Source: an uncultured Chloroflexia bacterium
Lineage (GTDB): Bacteria > Chloroflexota > Limnocylindria > Limnocylindrales > CSP1-4
NCBI GenBank assembly: GCA_963813705.1
Contig: CAWFAH010000010.1
Coordinates: 921,085-985,084 of the forward strand
DNA length: 64,000 nucleotides
Reading direction: 5' to 3'
Shown: positions 9,397 to 19,246 of the stretch, in pieces
Numbering within the stretch: position 1 is the stretch's first letter
Layout of the letters: each line of letters starts with the position of its first letter
Made by a program: the position numbers and the translations under genes
The notes under the pieces: model-generated
The model's database searches: none
Seen by the model: only the letters and a program-made list of their open reading frames with translations
What the model was told of the DNA's origin: nothing

Positions 9397-12300
9397 TCAG
9401 GCCGGCGTTCCCTCGACCGAGCCCGGGAGCGACTCCGCCGTCCTCGCCTGGACCCGTCGCTTGAGCCCGTCGACGAGCGAGTAGAGCACCGGGATGACGA
9501 GCAGGGTCAGGAACGTCGAGGTGAACAGTCCACCGATGACGACCGTTCCGAGCTCCGCCGCGATGATCGAGCCCTCGTTGAACCCGGCCGCCAGCGGGAT
9601 CAGGGCGAGGATGGTCGCGATCGCGGTCATGAGGATCGGCCGCACACGGGTCTTGCCGCCCTCGATCAGGGCGTCGTGGGTCGAGTACCCGCGCGAGCGG
9701 AGCCGCTCGACCAGGTCGAGCAGCACGATCGCGTTGGTGACCACGATCCCGATCAGCATCAGCATGCCGATCAGCGCGCTCACCCCGATCGGCCGGCCCG
9801 TGACGAACAGCGCGATGAAGGCGCCGATGGTCGCCAGCGGAAGGCTGAACAGGATGATGAACGGGGTGACGAGGCTGTTGAAGAAGAGGACCATCATCAC
9901 GTAGACGAGCAGGATCGCGACGCCCATCGACGCGAACAGCCCGCCGAACGCCTCGCTCTGCTGCTGGGTCACCCCGGCGAGGCGGACGTCGACGCCGGCC
10001 GGGATGGCTCCCGACGCGGTCAGGCTGTCGATCGACTTCTGGACCGCCAGGCTCACGGCCCCGGTGTCCTTGCTCGTGATCTGGGCGGTGATCGAGGCGG
10101 CGGGCGCCTGGTCGATCCGGGTGATGCTTCCCTGGGCCTCGACCTGGTCGACCGAGGCGATGCTGCCGAGGGGGACCTTGCGCGCCGTCCCGACGGGGAG
10201 GGCCTTGAGGTCGTCGAGCGAGGTGGTCGCCGCCGGATCGAGCTGGACGACCACCGCGGCCGTCTCGCCGCCGTCGAGCGACACCGTCGTCGCCGTCGTC
10301 GGCGAGAGCGCGCTGCGCACCTCGGCGGCGATCTGGGCGGCCGTGGAGCCGGCCGCGATCGCCTTGTTCGGGTCGACCGTGACCTGGACCTGCGTGTTCG
10401 CCTTCGCAGCATCGCTCCGCAGGTTGCCGAGGTCGGTCCGCTTGGCGAGCTCGGCGATCACGGCGTCGCTGGCGTGCTGGACCTGGGTCGGGTCGGCGCC
10501 GCTGACGATGACGTTGAGGTTGTTGGAGGTGAACCCGGCCGCTTCGCTGATATGGATCTCGTAGCCGTCCGTGCCGACCGGTGCCAGCGCCTCGTCGAGC
10601 GCCGTGGTCTCGGTGGCGAGGTCGGTCGTCGGGACGAGCCGGACGGTGATCGTCGCGCTGTTTGCCGGCCGGCCGCTGAACGCCGCGAGGAGGGTCGCGA
10701 AGCCCGTGGCTCCTTCGCCCGGGACGGTTGTCTGGACGAGCTCCACCTCGGGCCGGGCACGGAGGATCGCTTCCGCCTTGACCGCCTGGTCGAGGACCGC
10801 CTTGGAGTCGGTCCCCGTCGGCGGCGCCACGGTCACGGCCAGGATCTTCTCCGAGCCGGCGTTGATGAACTGCGTCGGCAGGCTCGGCACGAGGGCAGCG
10901 GAGGCGACGAAGAGGATGCCGGCGACCGCGAGGACGGCCCATTGGGTGCGCCGGTTGCGGAGGGCCGCCGTGATCAAGGGCACGTAGGCGTGGACCCAGA
11001 TCGAGCGCTTCGGCTCGCCGGTCTCGTCGACGCTCACCGAGACTCGCCCGATGAACAGGAAGGCGAGGACCGGGACGACGGTCAGGGCACAGATCAGGGA
11101 GGCCAGCAGGGCGAACGTCACGGTGAGGGCGAAGGGCAGGAAGAACTGGCTCACCAGGCCGCCGACGAAGCCGAGCGGCAGGAAGACGGCAACGGTCGTC
11201 AGCGTGCTGGCCGTGATCGCCCCGGCCACCTCCCGTGGCCCGCGCGTCACCGCCGTCAGCCGGTCCTCGCCGAGCGAACGGTGGCGATAGATGTTCTCGA
11301 GCACCACGATCGCGTCGTCGACCACTCGCCCGACGGCGACGGCCAGGCCGCCCAGGGTCATGATGTTCAGGCTGATCCCGGTCAGCTGCATGACGACGAG
11401 GGCGGTCAGGATCGACAGCGGGATGCTGATCGCCGCAACGAGCGTGGAGCGGAGGCTGCCCAGGAACAGGAAGATCGTCGCCACGGCGAAGATCGCGCCC
11501 AGACCGCCCTCGCGCAGCAGGCCGTCCTGCGACTCCTTGATGAAGGTCGACTGGTCGGACACCGTGGTGACCGTCACCTGCCCCTGGTGGGCGGCGGCGA
11601 CCTCCGCCAGCTTGGCCTGGACGGCATCGGCCACCTCGACCGTGTTCGCCGACGACGTCTTCGTGACCGTCAGGGTGAGCGCCGGCTGGCCGTTCGTCCG
11701 GGCGAAGCCGGTGCTCGCCACACCGGCCTGCTCGACGGTCGCGACGTCGCTCAGCCGAACCGGAGTCGGGACAGTCGGCGCCGCGGATGGCTGGGGAGCG
11801 GACGACGCGCCCGCGCCGGGGCTCCCGCTCGCGGCCGGCGAACCGGTCCCCGTCGACGACGGGACGCGGAACCCGACGACGAGGGCCTCGAGGTCCTGGA
11901 CGGAACGGAATGTGCCGTTCGTCGAGACCGGGATTCGGCTCGCCCCGGCCGAGATCTGGCCGGACGGGACGGTCAGGTTGTTGGCCTGGAGGAGCTGGAC
12001 GACCTGCTGGCTCGAGACGTTGGCGGCGGCAAGCTTCGCCGGGTCGAGGGTGATCACGACCTGCTGCTCCAGACCGCCGGTCAGGTCGGCCTGCGCGACG
12101 CCCTCGACCGACTGGACGGCCGGGACGATCTCGCTCCGGGCGATGTCCGCGGCGGCCGTCAGTCCGTCCTGGCTCGTCGCCGCGATCGAGGCCACGACCA
12201 CCGGCGACGAGTTGATGTTGAACGCCGACACGTCGGGCGTGACGTTCGCCGGCAAGCCGGCCCGGGAGAGGTTCTCCTGGATCGTGGCCACGGCCTCCTT

Positions 12301-12606
12301 GACGTCGGTTCCGAAGCTGAACTGCGCGACGACCAGGGCGATCGAGTCGGCCGACGTCGATTGGAGGCTCTCGAGCCGGGCGACGCCGCCGACCGACCGC
12401 TCGATCGGCTTTGCCACCTGGTCTGCGACGTCCTCGGCACCGACCCCTGGGTAGGTCGCCACGACCGTGACGACGGGAAAGTCGATGTTCGGCAGGAGCT
12501 CCTGCTGGAGACTGCCCCACGCGGAGATCCCGGCCAGGAACAGGCCGAACGCCAGCAGGAGGGTGACGCTGCGCTTGGCGACGGCCAGCTCGGACAGGCG
12601 ACTCAT
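9397..12606 (-). CDS. Efflux RND transporter permease subunit (AcrB/HAE family)
   Basis: 1069 aa with 12-TM topology, large periplasmic loops and conserved N-terminus MSRLSELAVAKRSVTLLLAFGLFLAG...LPNIDFPVVTVVATYPG. Confidence 0.9.
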   Translation of the reverse strand: MSRLSELAVAKRSVTLLLAFGLFLAGISAWGSLQQELLPNIDFPVVTVVATYPGVGAEDVADQVAKPIERSVGGVARLESLQSTSADSIALVVAQFSFGTDVKEAVATIQENLSRAGLPANVTPDVSAFNINSSPVVVASIAATSQDGLTAAADIARSEIVPAVQSVEGVAQADLTGGLEQQVVITLDPAKLAAANVSSQQVVQLLQANNLTVPSGQISAGASRIPVSTNGTFRSVQDLEALVVGFRVPSSTGTGSPAASGSPGAGASSAPQPSAAPTVPTPVRLSDVATVEQAGVASTGFARTNGQPALTLTVTKTSSANTVEVADAVQAKLAEVAAAHQGQVTVTTVSDQSTFIKESQDGLLREGGLGAIFAVATIFLFLGSLRSTLVAAISIPLSILTALVVMQLTGISLNIMTLGGLAVAVGRVVDDAIVVLENIYRHRSLGEDRLTAVTRGPREVAGAITASTLTTVAVFLPLGFVGGLVSQFFLPFALTVTFALLASLICALTVVPVLAFLFIGRVSVSVDETGEPKRSIWVHAYVPLITAALRNRRTQWAVLAVAGILFVASAALVPSLPTQFINAGSEKILAVTVAPPTGTDSKAVLDQAVKAEAILRARPEVELVQTTVPGEGATGFATLLAAFSGRPANSATITVRLVPTTDLATETTALDEALAPVGTDGYEIHISEAAGFTSNNLNVIVSGADPTQVQHASDAVIAELAKRTDLGNLRSDAAKANTQVQVTVDPNKAIAAGSTAAQIAAEVRSALSPTTATTVSLDGGETAAVVVQLDPAATTSLDDLKALPVGTARKVPLGSIASVDQVEAQGSITRIDQAPAASITAQITSKDTGAVSLAVQKSIDSLTASGAIPAGVDVRLAGVTQQQSEAFGGLFASMGVAILLVYVMMVLFFNSLVTPFIILFSLPLATIGAFIALFVTGRPIGVSALIGMLMLIGIVVTNAIVLLDLVERLRSRGYSTHDALIEGGKTRVRPILMTAIATILALIPLAAGFNEGSIIAAELGTVVIGGLFTSTFLTLLVIPVLYSLVDGLKRRVQARTAESLPGSVEGTPA

Positions 12607-13115
12607 GAGGGCTCCTTCGATGTGGCCGCGGTCGGAGCCGTGGCGGACGCGGGGGCGGGGACGGCCATCTCGGTGACGGCTTTGGTCAGGATGCGGATCG
12701 AGCGGTCGACCGTGGCCAGGTCCGCGGTCGCCACGCGGTCGAGCATCGCTCGCATGTGCCCGGCGTTCAGCTCGCGCATCCGATCGAGGCTGGCGGCCCC
12801 GACGTCGGTCATGGTCAGGAGGACCTGGCGGCGGTCGGCAGGGTCGTCGCGGCGGTCGACCAGGCCCGCCTCGACGAGCCGCTCGACGAGGCCGCTGGCC
12901 GTCGACACCGTCACCCCGAGCCGGGCTGCCAGCTCGGACATCCCGAGTGGCGTGGACGCCTGGACGAGGTAGAGGACCTTGGCCTGGGACATCGTCATGC
13001 CGACTTCGGTGAACTCCGGGGCATGGGTTGCGGCCATGCGCTGCATGAACGCGTCGAAGCCAGTCATCACGTTCGCCAGCAGCGTGGCGCGGTCCGGGCT
13101 GTCATTCGGTGTCAT
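12603..13115 (-). CDS. MarR family transcriptional regulator
   Basis: 170 aa with winged-HTH region (MSQAKVLYLVQAS...ELAARLGVTVSTASGLVERLVEAGLVDRRDDPADRRQV). Its stop overlaps the RND start by 4 nt, forming an operon. Confidence 0.9.
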   Translation of the reverse strand: MTPNDSPDRATLLANVMTGFDAFMQRMAATHAPEFTEVGMTMSQAKVLYLVQASTPLGMSELAARLGVTVSTASGLVERLVEAGLVDRRDDPADRRQVLLTMTDVGAASLDRMRELNAGHMRAMLDRVATADLATVDRSIRILTKAVTEMAVPAPASATAPTAATSKEPS

Positions 13116-13214
13116 CTGATCATTCGGCTCTTACGAACGGTTTGGTCCGAGCGAACTCTATCCGGTCACGACGAATCTCGCAGCCGGACCAATTCCTGAC
13201 AGTCCCTGACCATC

Positions 13215-14603
13215 GTGGCGGCTACCATCGGGCCGGTGACCGAGCCGATCTCCATCAGCCTGCGCGTCGCCCGCCGCTTCTTCGCCCTCCGCCACCTGCT
13301 TGCCCCGCCGCGCTCGCTGCCGGCCCGGCCGGAGAGCGTCCTGGCGGTGGTCGATCGGCTCGGGTCGCTCCAGTTCGATCCGCTCGACGTGGCCGGCCGG
13401 AACCACGACCTCGTGCTCCTCGCCCGGATCGCGGGCTACCGCCGCGCGTGGACGGACGCGCTGCTGTACGAGGAGCGACGGCTGTACGAGACCTACAACA
13501 AGGGGCTCAGCCTGGTCCCGACGGCCGAGCTGCCGTGGTTCCGGGTGACCTGGGACCGCCAGCGGGTCGACCACGAGGGCGGCACCTTCGACGAGCACGC
13601 CCCGCTCGTCGAGGAGCTCCTCGGGCGCATCCGGCGCGACGGACCGCTGAGCGCCACGGACGTCGAGACGCGAGCGAGCATCGACTGGTACTGGCGCCCG
13701 ACGAACCAGGTCCGGGCGATCCTCGAGGCGCTCGCCGAAGCGGGCATCCTCGCCCTCCGCCGGCGCGACGGCAACCGGCGCGTCTACGACCTGGCCGAGC
13801 GGCTCTTCCCGGCCGACCTCCTCGCCCGGCGCGAGCCGGTCCGGGACGCGTTCCGCCACAAGCTGCTGTCGCGCTACCGGGCCCACGGCCTGCTCGGCCC
13901 CTCGGGGAGCGCCGAGATCTGGCTGGGAACGATGCCGCGCGTCGAGATCGGGATGGAGGGCGGGCTGCCGCTCAAGAGCGCGGCCCGGAAGGTGCTCCAC
14001 GCCGAGCTCGCCGAGGCCGGGGTCCTCACGCCGGTCGCGATCGACGGGTTCAAGGGGCCACGGTTCCTGCTCACCGCCGAGCTGCCGATCCTCGCCCAGG
14101 CCGAGGAGGAGGTCGTCGCCGAAACGGACCGCCGCAACGGACACGGCGCGGCGGACGGGACCGGCCGGGCTGACTGGGCGGTCGGGCGGCCCGGCGGCCA
14201 CGATCCCGGCGTCGCCTTCCTCGCGCCGCTCGACCCGTACGTCTGGGACCGCGACTTCCTGCGCGCCCTCCACGGCTTCGACTACGTCTGGGAGGTCTAC
14301 GTCCCGGAGCCGAAGCGACGCTGGGGCTACTACGTCCTGCCGATCCTGTACGGGGACCGGCTCGTCGGACGGACCGAGCTGCGAATCGACCGGAAGGCGG
14401 GCGTCCTGCGCGTCCTGGGCCTGTGGTGGGAGACTGGGTTCGACCCGCTGGCGCAGCCCGAGTTCGCGGACGCGTTCACGGCCGCCCTGGTCGCCCACGG
14501 CCGGTTCGGGGGAGTGGCGCGATACGCCTTCCCTCGGACCCACGCCCATCGCCCGTTCGTCGCGGCGATCCGCGAGCGGACCAGCACGGAGGCACGACCA
14601 TGA
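13215..14603 (+). CDS. Winged-helix DNA-binding domain protein, YcaQ/AlkZ-like DNA glycosylase family (DUF1006/HTH_42)
   Basis: 462 aa. Conserved blocks RDGPLSATDVE, WYWRPTNQVRAILEALAEAGILA and YVWDRDFLRALHGFDYVWEVYVPEPKRRWGYYVLPIL are typical of the family. Confidence 0.8.
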   Translation: MAATIGPVTEPISISLRVARRFFALRHLLAPPRSLPARPESVLAVVDRLGSLQFDPLDVAGRNHDLVLLARIAGYRRAWTDALLYEERRLYETYNKGLSLVPTAELPWFRVTWDRQRVDHEGGTFDEHAPLVEELLGRIRRDGPLSATDVETRASIDWYWRPTNQVRAILEALAEAGILALRRRDGNRRVYDLAERLFPADLLARREPVRDAFRHKLLSRYRAHGLLGPSGSAEIWLGTMPRVEIGMEGGLPLKSAARKVLHAELAEAGVLTPVAIDGFKGPRFLLTAELPILAQAEEEVVAETDRRNGHGAADGTGRADWAVGRPGGHDPGVAFLAPLDPYVWDRDFLRALHGFDYVWEVYVPEPKRRWGYYVLPILYGDRLVGRTELRIDRKAGVLRVLGLWWETGFDPLAQPEFADAFTAALVAHGRFGGVARYAFPRTHAHRPFVAAIRERTSTEARP

Positions 14604-15043
14604 CCGCCATCCGCACCGCCGAAGCCGCCTGGGAGGGCGACCTGGCCTCCGGCCGGGGCACCGTCAGCGCGACGTCCAGCGGATCGTTCCGCGACCTTCC
14701 CGTCAGCTGGGCCGCCCGGACCGAGGCGCCCGAGGGCAAGACGAGCCCCGAGGAGCTCCTGGCGGCCGCCCACGCCGCCTGCTTCGAGATGGCGCTGTCG
14801 GGCGCACTGGGACGGGGCGGCACGCCACCCGAGCGGCTGACCGTCACGGCGGCGGTGACGTTCGACAAGACCGACGCCGGCTGGCGGGTCGTGTCGAGCG
14901 CGCTGACGGTCCGCGGCCGGGTGCCGGGGATCGACGCCGCCGGGTTCCGCGCCGCGGCCGAGGCGACCCGCGACGGGTGCCCGATCTCGCAGGCGCTCAA
15001 GGGCAACGTCGCCCTGTCGGTCGAGGCGTCCCTGGAGGGATAG
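14600..15043 (+). CDS. OsmC/Ohr family peroxiredoxin
   Basis: 147 aa MTAIRTAEAAWEGDLASGRGTV...AAAHAACFEMALS...TRDGCPISQALKG with both conserved cysteines. ATG overlaps the upstream stop. Confidence 0.85.
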   Translation: MTAIRTAEAAWEGDLASGRGTVSATSSGSFRDLPVSWAARTEAPEGKTSPEELLAAAHAACFEMALSGALGRGGTPPERLTVTAAVTFDKTDAGWRVVSSALTVRGRVPGIDAAGFRAAAEATRDGCPISQALKGNVALSVEASLEG

Positions 15044-15061
15044 GCCAGCGGCGGGCCGCGG

Positions 15062-16009
15062 TCACCCCCTGGCTGCGAGCGTCAGGATCCGGGCCGGGTT
15101 GTCGACCGTCAGCGTCCGGATCGTCGCCTCGTCGAACCCGGCATCGCGGAGTCGTGGCAGGAACTGCTCGTGGAGATACACGTAGCCGTTCCCGCCGTAG
15201 GCCTTGAGCTGCGCGTTGTGGCAGACGTCCTGGCTGAGCAGGATCCGGTCGGCGTGGCCGCGGGCGACGAGCTCGCCGAGCAGGTCGATCGTGCGCGCCT
15301 CGCCGTGCCGCTCCATGACCGTGAAGCTCATCCCGAGGAAGTCGAACTCGAGGTTGGCGCCGCGCCGGACGATCTCCAGGTAGTGGTCGAGGACCGGGTA
15401 CGAGTCGGCGTGCCCGATCACGACGCGGGCCGGATCCAGGCCCTCCTCCTCGAAGACGCGGAGCTGGTCGAGACCGACGGGCGACAGCACGGCGTGAGTC
15501 GTGATCGCCATGCCGGTTCGCCGCGCGGCCCGGGCGCAGGCCCGGTGGACCCGCTCCTCCTGGGCGCTCAGCCACGGCTTGTCCGTCCCGATCTCGCCGA
15601 TGATCCCGGGCCGGATCCCGGTCCCGGCGACGCCGTACTCGAACTCGCGGACGAGCTCCTCGGCCAGGTCGTCGGCGGTCCGCCGGTCGACGCGCGCTTC
15701 GGCCGGGTAGTAGGCCGTGCGGTACCAGCCGCAGCCCATCACGACGTTCAGGCCGGTCGCCTCGGCGTAGCGGCGCAGGCGCTCCGGGTCGCGCCCGACC
15801 CCGGGCAGGGTCAGGTCGACGAGCGTCCCGCCGCCGGCCGCCCGGAACGCCTGGAGCTCGGGCAGGACGACAGCGTCGTCGACGGTCAGCTCCCAGTAGT
15901 CCCAGCGGTCGGGCACGTGCCACAGCGCGATCCCGGTGTGCTCGTGGGGCAGGACGAACCCGAGCGCGTCGGACGGGACGCGGCCGCTGACGGTCTGGAC
16001 CTCGGGCAT
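15062..16009 (-). CDS. Phosphotriesterase family protein (PHP / aryldialkylphosphatase-like amidohydrolase)
   Basis: 315 aa with HEH metal motif (VLPHEHTGI), GxIGEIG and HADS motifs of PTE-homology proteins. Confidence 0.85.
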   Translation of the reverse strand: MPEVQTVSGRVPSDALGFVLPHEHTGIALWHVPDRWDYWELTVDDAVVLPELQAFRAAGGGTLVDLTLPGVGRDPERLRRYAEATGLNVVMGCGWYRTAYYPAEARVDRRTADDLAEELVREFEYGVAGTGIRPGIIGEIGTDKPWLSAQEERVHRACARAARRTGMAITTHAVLSPVGLDQLRVFEEEGLDPARVVIGHADSYPVLDHYLEIVRRGANLEFDFLGMSFTVMERHGEARTIDLLGELVARGHADRILLSQDVCHNAQLKAYGGNGYVYLHEQFLPRLRDAGFDEATIRTLTVDNPARILTLAARG

Positions 16010-16038
16010 GGTCCGATTATCGGGGCTGCGCGGCCGGC

Positions 16039-16746
16039 CTACGAGGCGATGTCAGCCTCGCCCGGGGTCGCGGGCACGAAGCGGAACGGCTCGCGCGGCG
16101 GCGGCGCGATCCGGGGTCGCTCGGGGAGCACGGCCGCGCCGAGGAGGAGATCGAGGAGGGCGAACGCCCGGCGCTCGGCGTCGGCGCGCCGCCACGACGC
16201 GCCGTCCTCGACGCGCTGGAGCACGAGGCCGTCAAGCAGCGCGCTGTAGCCGAGGGCGACGGCCTCGACATCGAGCCAGGCCGGCAGCTCGCCGCGGGCC
16301 ATCCCGTCGCGCAGGAGGAGCTGGCCGACGGCGCCGATCTTCTCGCGCCGCCGGATCAGGGTCTCCCGGACGGTCGGTGCCTGGCCGGCCTCCGCCCAGG
16401 CCTGGACGAGGTAGGTCGCCTCGCCGGGCTCCTCCGGGTCGCCGGTGTCCACCGAGTCGATGAAGAAGCCGATGGCGATCGCCAGCCGCTCCGCGGTCGA
16501 CCCGCCGCGAGCCAGCCGCGCGCCGAGCTCGTCGAAGCCGCGGTCCATCGACAGCGAGCACGACGCGAGGAACAGCTCGTCCTTGCCCGAGAAGTGGGTG
16601 TAGATCGCGCCGACCGACAGGCCGCTCGCGCGCACCACGTCCTGGATCGTGGCCCGGTGATAGCCGCGCTCGCTGAACACGCCGATGGCGGCGCGGACGA
16701 TCCGGTCACGGACCTGCTGCTCGTGGGCAGCGCTGACCCTGGGCAT
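16039..16746 (-). CDS. TetR/AcrR family transcriptional regulator
   Basis: N-terminal HTH RIVRAAIGVFSERGYHRATIQDVVRASGLSVGAIYTHFSGKDELF. Divergent from the MmpL gene. Confidence 0.9.
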   Translation of the reverse strand: MPRVSAAHEQQVRDRIVRAAIGVFSERGYHRATIQDVVRASGLSVGAIYTHFSGKDELFLASCSLSMDRGFDELGARLARGGSTAERLAIAIGFFIDSVDTGDPEEPGEATYLVQAWAEAGQAPTVRETLIRRREKIGAVGQLLLRDGMARGELPAWLDVEAVALGYSALLDGLVLQRVEDGASWRRADAERRAFALLDLLLGAAVLPERPRIAPPPREPFRFVPATPGEADIAS

Positions 16747-16765
16747 CGCGGCTCCCTTGGAGAAC

Positions 16766-16851
16766 GAACGTTCCCTTGGAGTGTAGTCAGACGTGCACGA
16801 TCAGGTCAAGGCGATCGTCGGTTGACAAGGAGAACCGCGGTTCTTTATGGT
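16766..16851. promoter_or_regulatory. TetR-MmpL divergent promoter/operator region: GAACGTTC palindrome (16766-16773) flanked by CCCTTGGAG direct repeats; TTGACA -35 (16822-27), perfect 12-bp palindrome GAACCGCGGTTC (16832-43) in the spacer, TATGGT -10 (16846-51)
   Basis: Motifs read directly from the sequence. Two related GAAC-N-GTTC palindromes fit a TetR dimer operator overlapping the mmpL promoter. Confidence 0.45.
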
Positions 16852-16909
16852 AGCCGTCCGCCGTGCGGCCGCCCTCGGCGCCGCGTCCCGGACCTGGAAG
16901 GACCATCCG

Positions 16910-19246
16910 ATGTTCACTCGCTGGGGAGCCTTCGTCTACCGCTTCCGCCGGCCGGTCGTGGTCATGGCCGTCGCCGTCGCCGTCGTCCTCGGGGCGTTCG
17001 GGCTGCAGGCGTCGAGCCACCTCAGCTCGGGCGGCTGGCTCGACACGTCGTCGGAGTCGGCCCGGGTGGACGACACGCTCGCCCGCGAGTTCGGCGTCGG
17101 GCGGAGCAGCCTGATCGTCCTCTTCCGCTCGACGGCGTCGAGCGACGCGACGTCCCCGGCCTACCAGGCGGCGATCGCGCAGACGGTCGCCCCGCTCCGC
17201 AGCGACCCGAACGTTGCCGGCGTCGTCGGGTACGCCGAGACGCACGACACGCGGTTCATCAGCACGGACCGCAGCGCGGCCTACGTCGTCGTCCAGCTCA
17301 ACGCCACCGACGAGGGCTCGGTCGGGCTGGTCGACCAGCTCCGGGCGAAGATCCAGCCGCCGGCGGGCTACACCACCCAGCTCACCGGCTACGCCCCACT
17401 GACGAAGGATTCGGCGGCCCAGTCCGAGACCGACCTGCAGCGTGCCGAGACCGTCTCGCTGCCATTTGCCGCGCTCATCCTCCTGTTCGTCTTCGCCACG
17501 GTCGCGGCGGCGTTCATGCCGCTCCTGATCGCCGGGCTGGCGATCCCGACGACGCTCGGCCTGATCTACTTCGTGAGCCAGCAGGTCCAGATGAGCATCT
17601 ACGTGCTGAACATCGCGACGATGCTCGGGCTCGCCCTGTCGATCGACTACTCGCTGTTCGTCGTGAGCCGGTTCCGCGAGGAGCTCGCTCGCGGGCGGAC
17701 GGTCGAGGAGGCGGTCGAGAAGGCGGTCGCCACGAGCGGCAAGGCGGTCACGTTCTCCGGCTTCGCCGTCGTGATCGGCCTGTCGGGGCTGCTCCTCTTC
17801 CGCGCCTCGGCGATCGCCTCGATCGGGATCGCCGGCGGCCTCGTCGTCGCCAGCACCCTGTTCTTCGCGTTGACCTTCCTGCCGGCGATGCTCGGCATGC
17901 TCGGGCCGCGGGTCAACGCGCTGAGCCTGCGCGGCCTGCTCGGCCGGCGGATCGGGCCGCCGCGCAGCCAGCTCGACGGCTGGTGGGGTCGCGTCGCCCG
18001 CCAGGTCATGCGCCACCCGGTGCTCGTCCTCATCCCGACGCTGGCCTTCCTGTTCGTCCTCGGCTCGCCGTTCTTCCGCCTCCTGCAGGGCGTGCCGGAC
18101 GCGTCCGCCTACCCGGCCGGTCTCGAGAGCCGCGACGCCTACGTCGCGATCCAGACCGAGTTCCCGAAGGGCGAGACGAGCCCGATCGTGGCCCTCGTCA
18201 CGGTCCCCGGCGATCCGACGACGCCCGACAACGCGCTGGTCCTGGCCCGCTATGCGGCGGCGCTCGGGGCCGTCCCCGGGATCGACCACGTCGAGGGGGC
18301 GTACGTGCTCACCGACCCGGCGACCGGCCGGGCGATGACCGCGGAGCAGGTCGCGGCGCTGTACGCCCTGCCGGCGGCGCAGCGGCCGCCGCAGGTCGCG
18401 GCCGCGCTCGAGGCGCTCCAGAAGGCGTACGTCCGCGGCTCGACGGTCCGCTTCGACGCGATCAGCCCGCTCGACGCCGCCACCCCGACCGCGACCTCGA
18501 TGACGAAGGACATCCGCGCCGTCAGCGCCGGCGGCGGGGCGACCGTCGCGATCGGCGGCCAGGCGGCGGCCGGCTACGACTTCCTGCAGTCGCAGGCCGA
18601 GCGGATGCCCTACGCGATCGGGCTCACCCTGGTCGCCAGCGCGTTCGTCCTGTTCCTCCTGTTCGGGTCGATCGCGATCCCGATCAAGGCGGTGGTCATG
18701 ACCCTGCTGTCGATCAGCGCGAGCTTCGGGGCGCTCGTCTGGATCTTCCAGGAGGGCCACTTCAGCGACGCCCTCAACTTCACGCCGCTCGGCTACACGA
18801 TCGCCGGCAACCCGATCATCATGTTCAGCGTGATCTTCGGGCTGTCGATGGACTACGAGGTGCTCCTCCTGTCGCGCATCCAGGAGGCGTACCGGCGGAC
18901 GGGCGACAACACCGCCTCCGTCGCCGAAGGGCTCACCCGGACCGCCGGCGTCATCACCGGGGCGGCCCTGATCATGGTCTCGGTGTTCGCGGCGTTCGCC
19001 CTGGCCGACATCATCACGATCAAGAGCATCGGGGTCGGGATGGCCATCGCCGTCCTCCTCGACGCGACGGTCATCCGGGTCCTGCTCGTGCCGGCTACGA
19101 TGCGCCTGCTCGGCGACTGGAACTGGTGGGCCCCGGGTCCGCTCAAGCGGTTCGCCGACCGGCTCGGCTTCGACCACGTGGAGGACGAGCCCGGTGAGCC
19201 GCCGGCGCCGGGATCCCGGCCGACCCTCGAGGGCGTGACCGGATGA
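16910..19246 (+). CDS. MMPL family RND transporter
   Basis: ~778 aa. Start chosen at MFTRWGAFVYRFRRPVV with a GGAAGGA RBS. Two 6-TM bundles with large extracytoplasmic domains. MMPL/SSD signatures present (SIDYSLFVVSRFREEL, GLSMDYEVLLLSRIQE). Confidence 0.9.
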   Translation: MFTRWGAFVYRFRRPVVVMAVAVAVVLGAFGLQASSHLSSGGWLDTSSESARVDDTLAREFGVGRSSLIVLFRSTASSDATSPAYQAAIAQTVAPLRSDPNVAGVVGYAETHDTRFISTDRSAAYVVVQLNATDEGSVGLVDQLRAKIQPPAGYTTQLTGYAPLTKDSAAQSETDLQRAETVSLPFAALILLFVFATVAAAFMPLLIAGLAIPTTLGLIYFVSQQVQMSIYVLNIATMLGLALSIDYSLFVVSRFREELARGRTVEEAVEKAVATSGKAVTFSGFAVVIGLSGLLLFRASAIASIGIAGGLVVASTLFFALTFLPAMLGMLGPRVNALSLRGLLGRRIGPPRSQLDGWWGRVARQVMRHPVLVLIPTLAFLFVLGSPFFRLLQGVPDASAYPAGLESRDAYVAIQTEFPKGETSPIVALVTVPGDPTTPDNALVLARYAAALGAVPGIDHVEGAYVLTDPATGRAMTAEQVAALYALPAAQRPPQVAAALEALQKAYVRGSTVRFDAISPLDAATPTATSMTKDIRAVSAGGGATVAIGGQAAAGYDFLQSQAERMPYAIGLTLVASAFVLFLLFGSIAIPIKAVVMTLLSISASFGALVWIFQEGHFSDALNFTPLGYTIAGNPIIMFSVIFGLSMDYEVLLLSRIQEAYRRTGDNTASVAEGLTRTAGVITGAALIMVSVFAAFALADIITIKSIGVGMAIAVLLDATVIRVLLVPATMRLLGDWNWWAPGPLKRFADRLGFDHVEDEPGEPPAPGSRPTLEGVTG

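Noticed and set aside
9329-12972. 1063-aa and 1098-aa ORFs overlapping the RND transporter gene
   Set aside because: Alternative frames of the RND permease gene. Translations are Arg/Gly/Asp low-complexity. The 9397-12606 frame gives a canonical AcrB-like protein.
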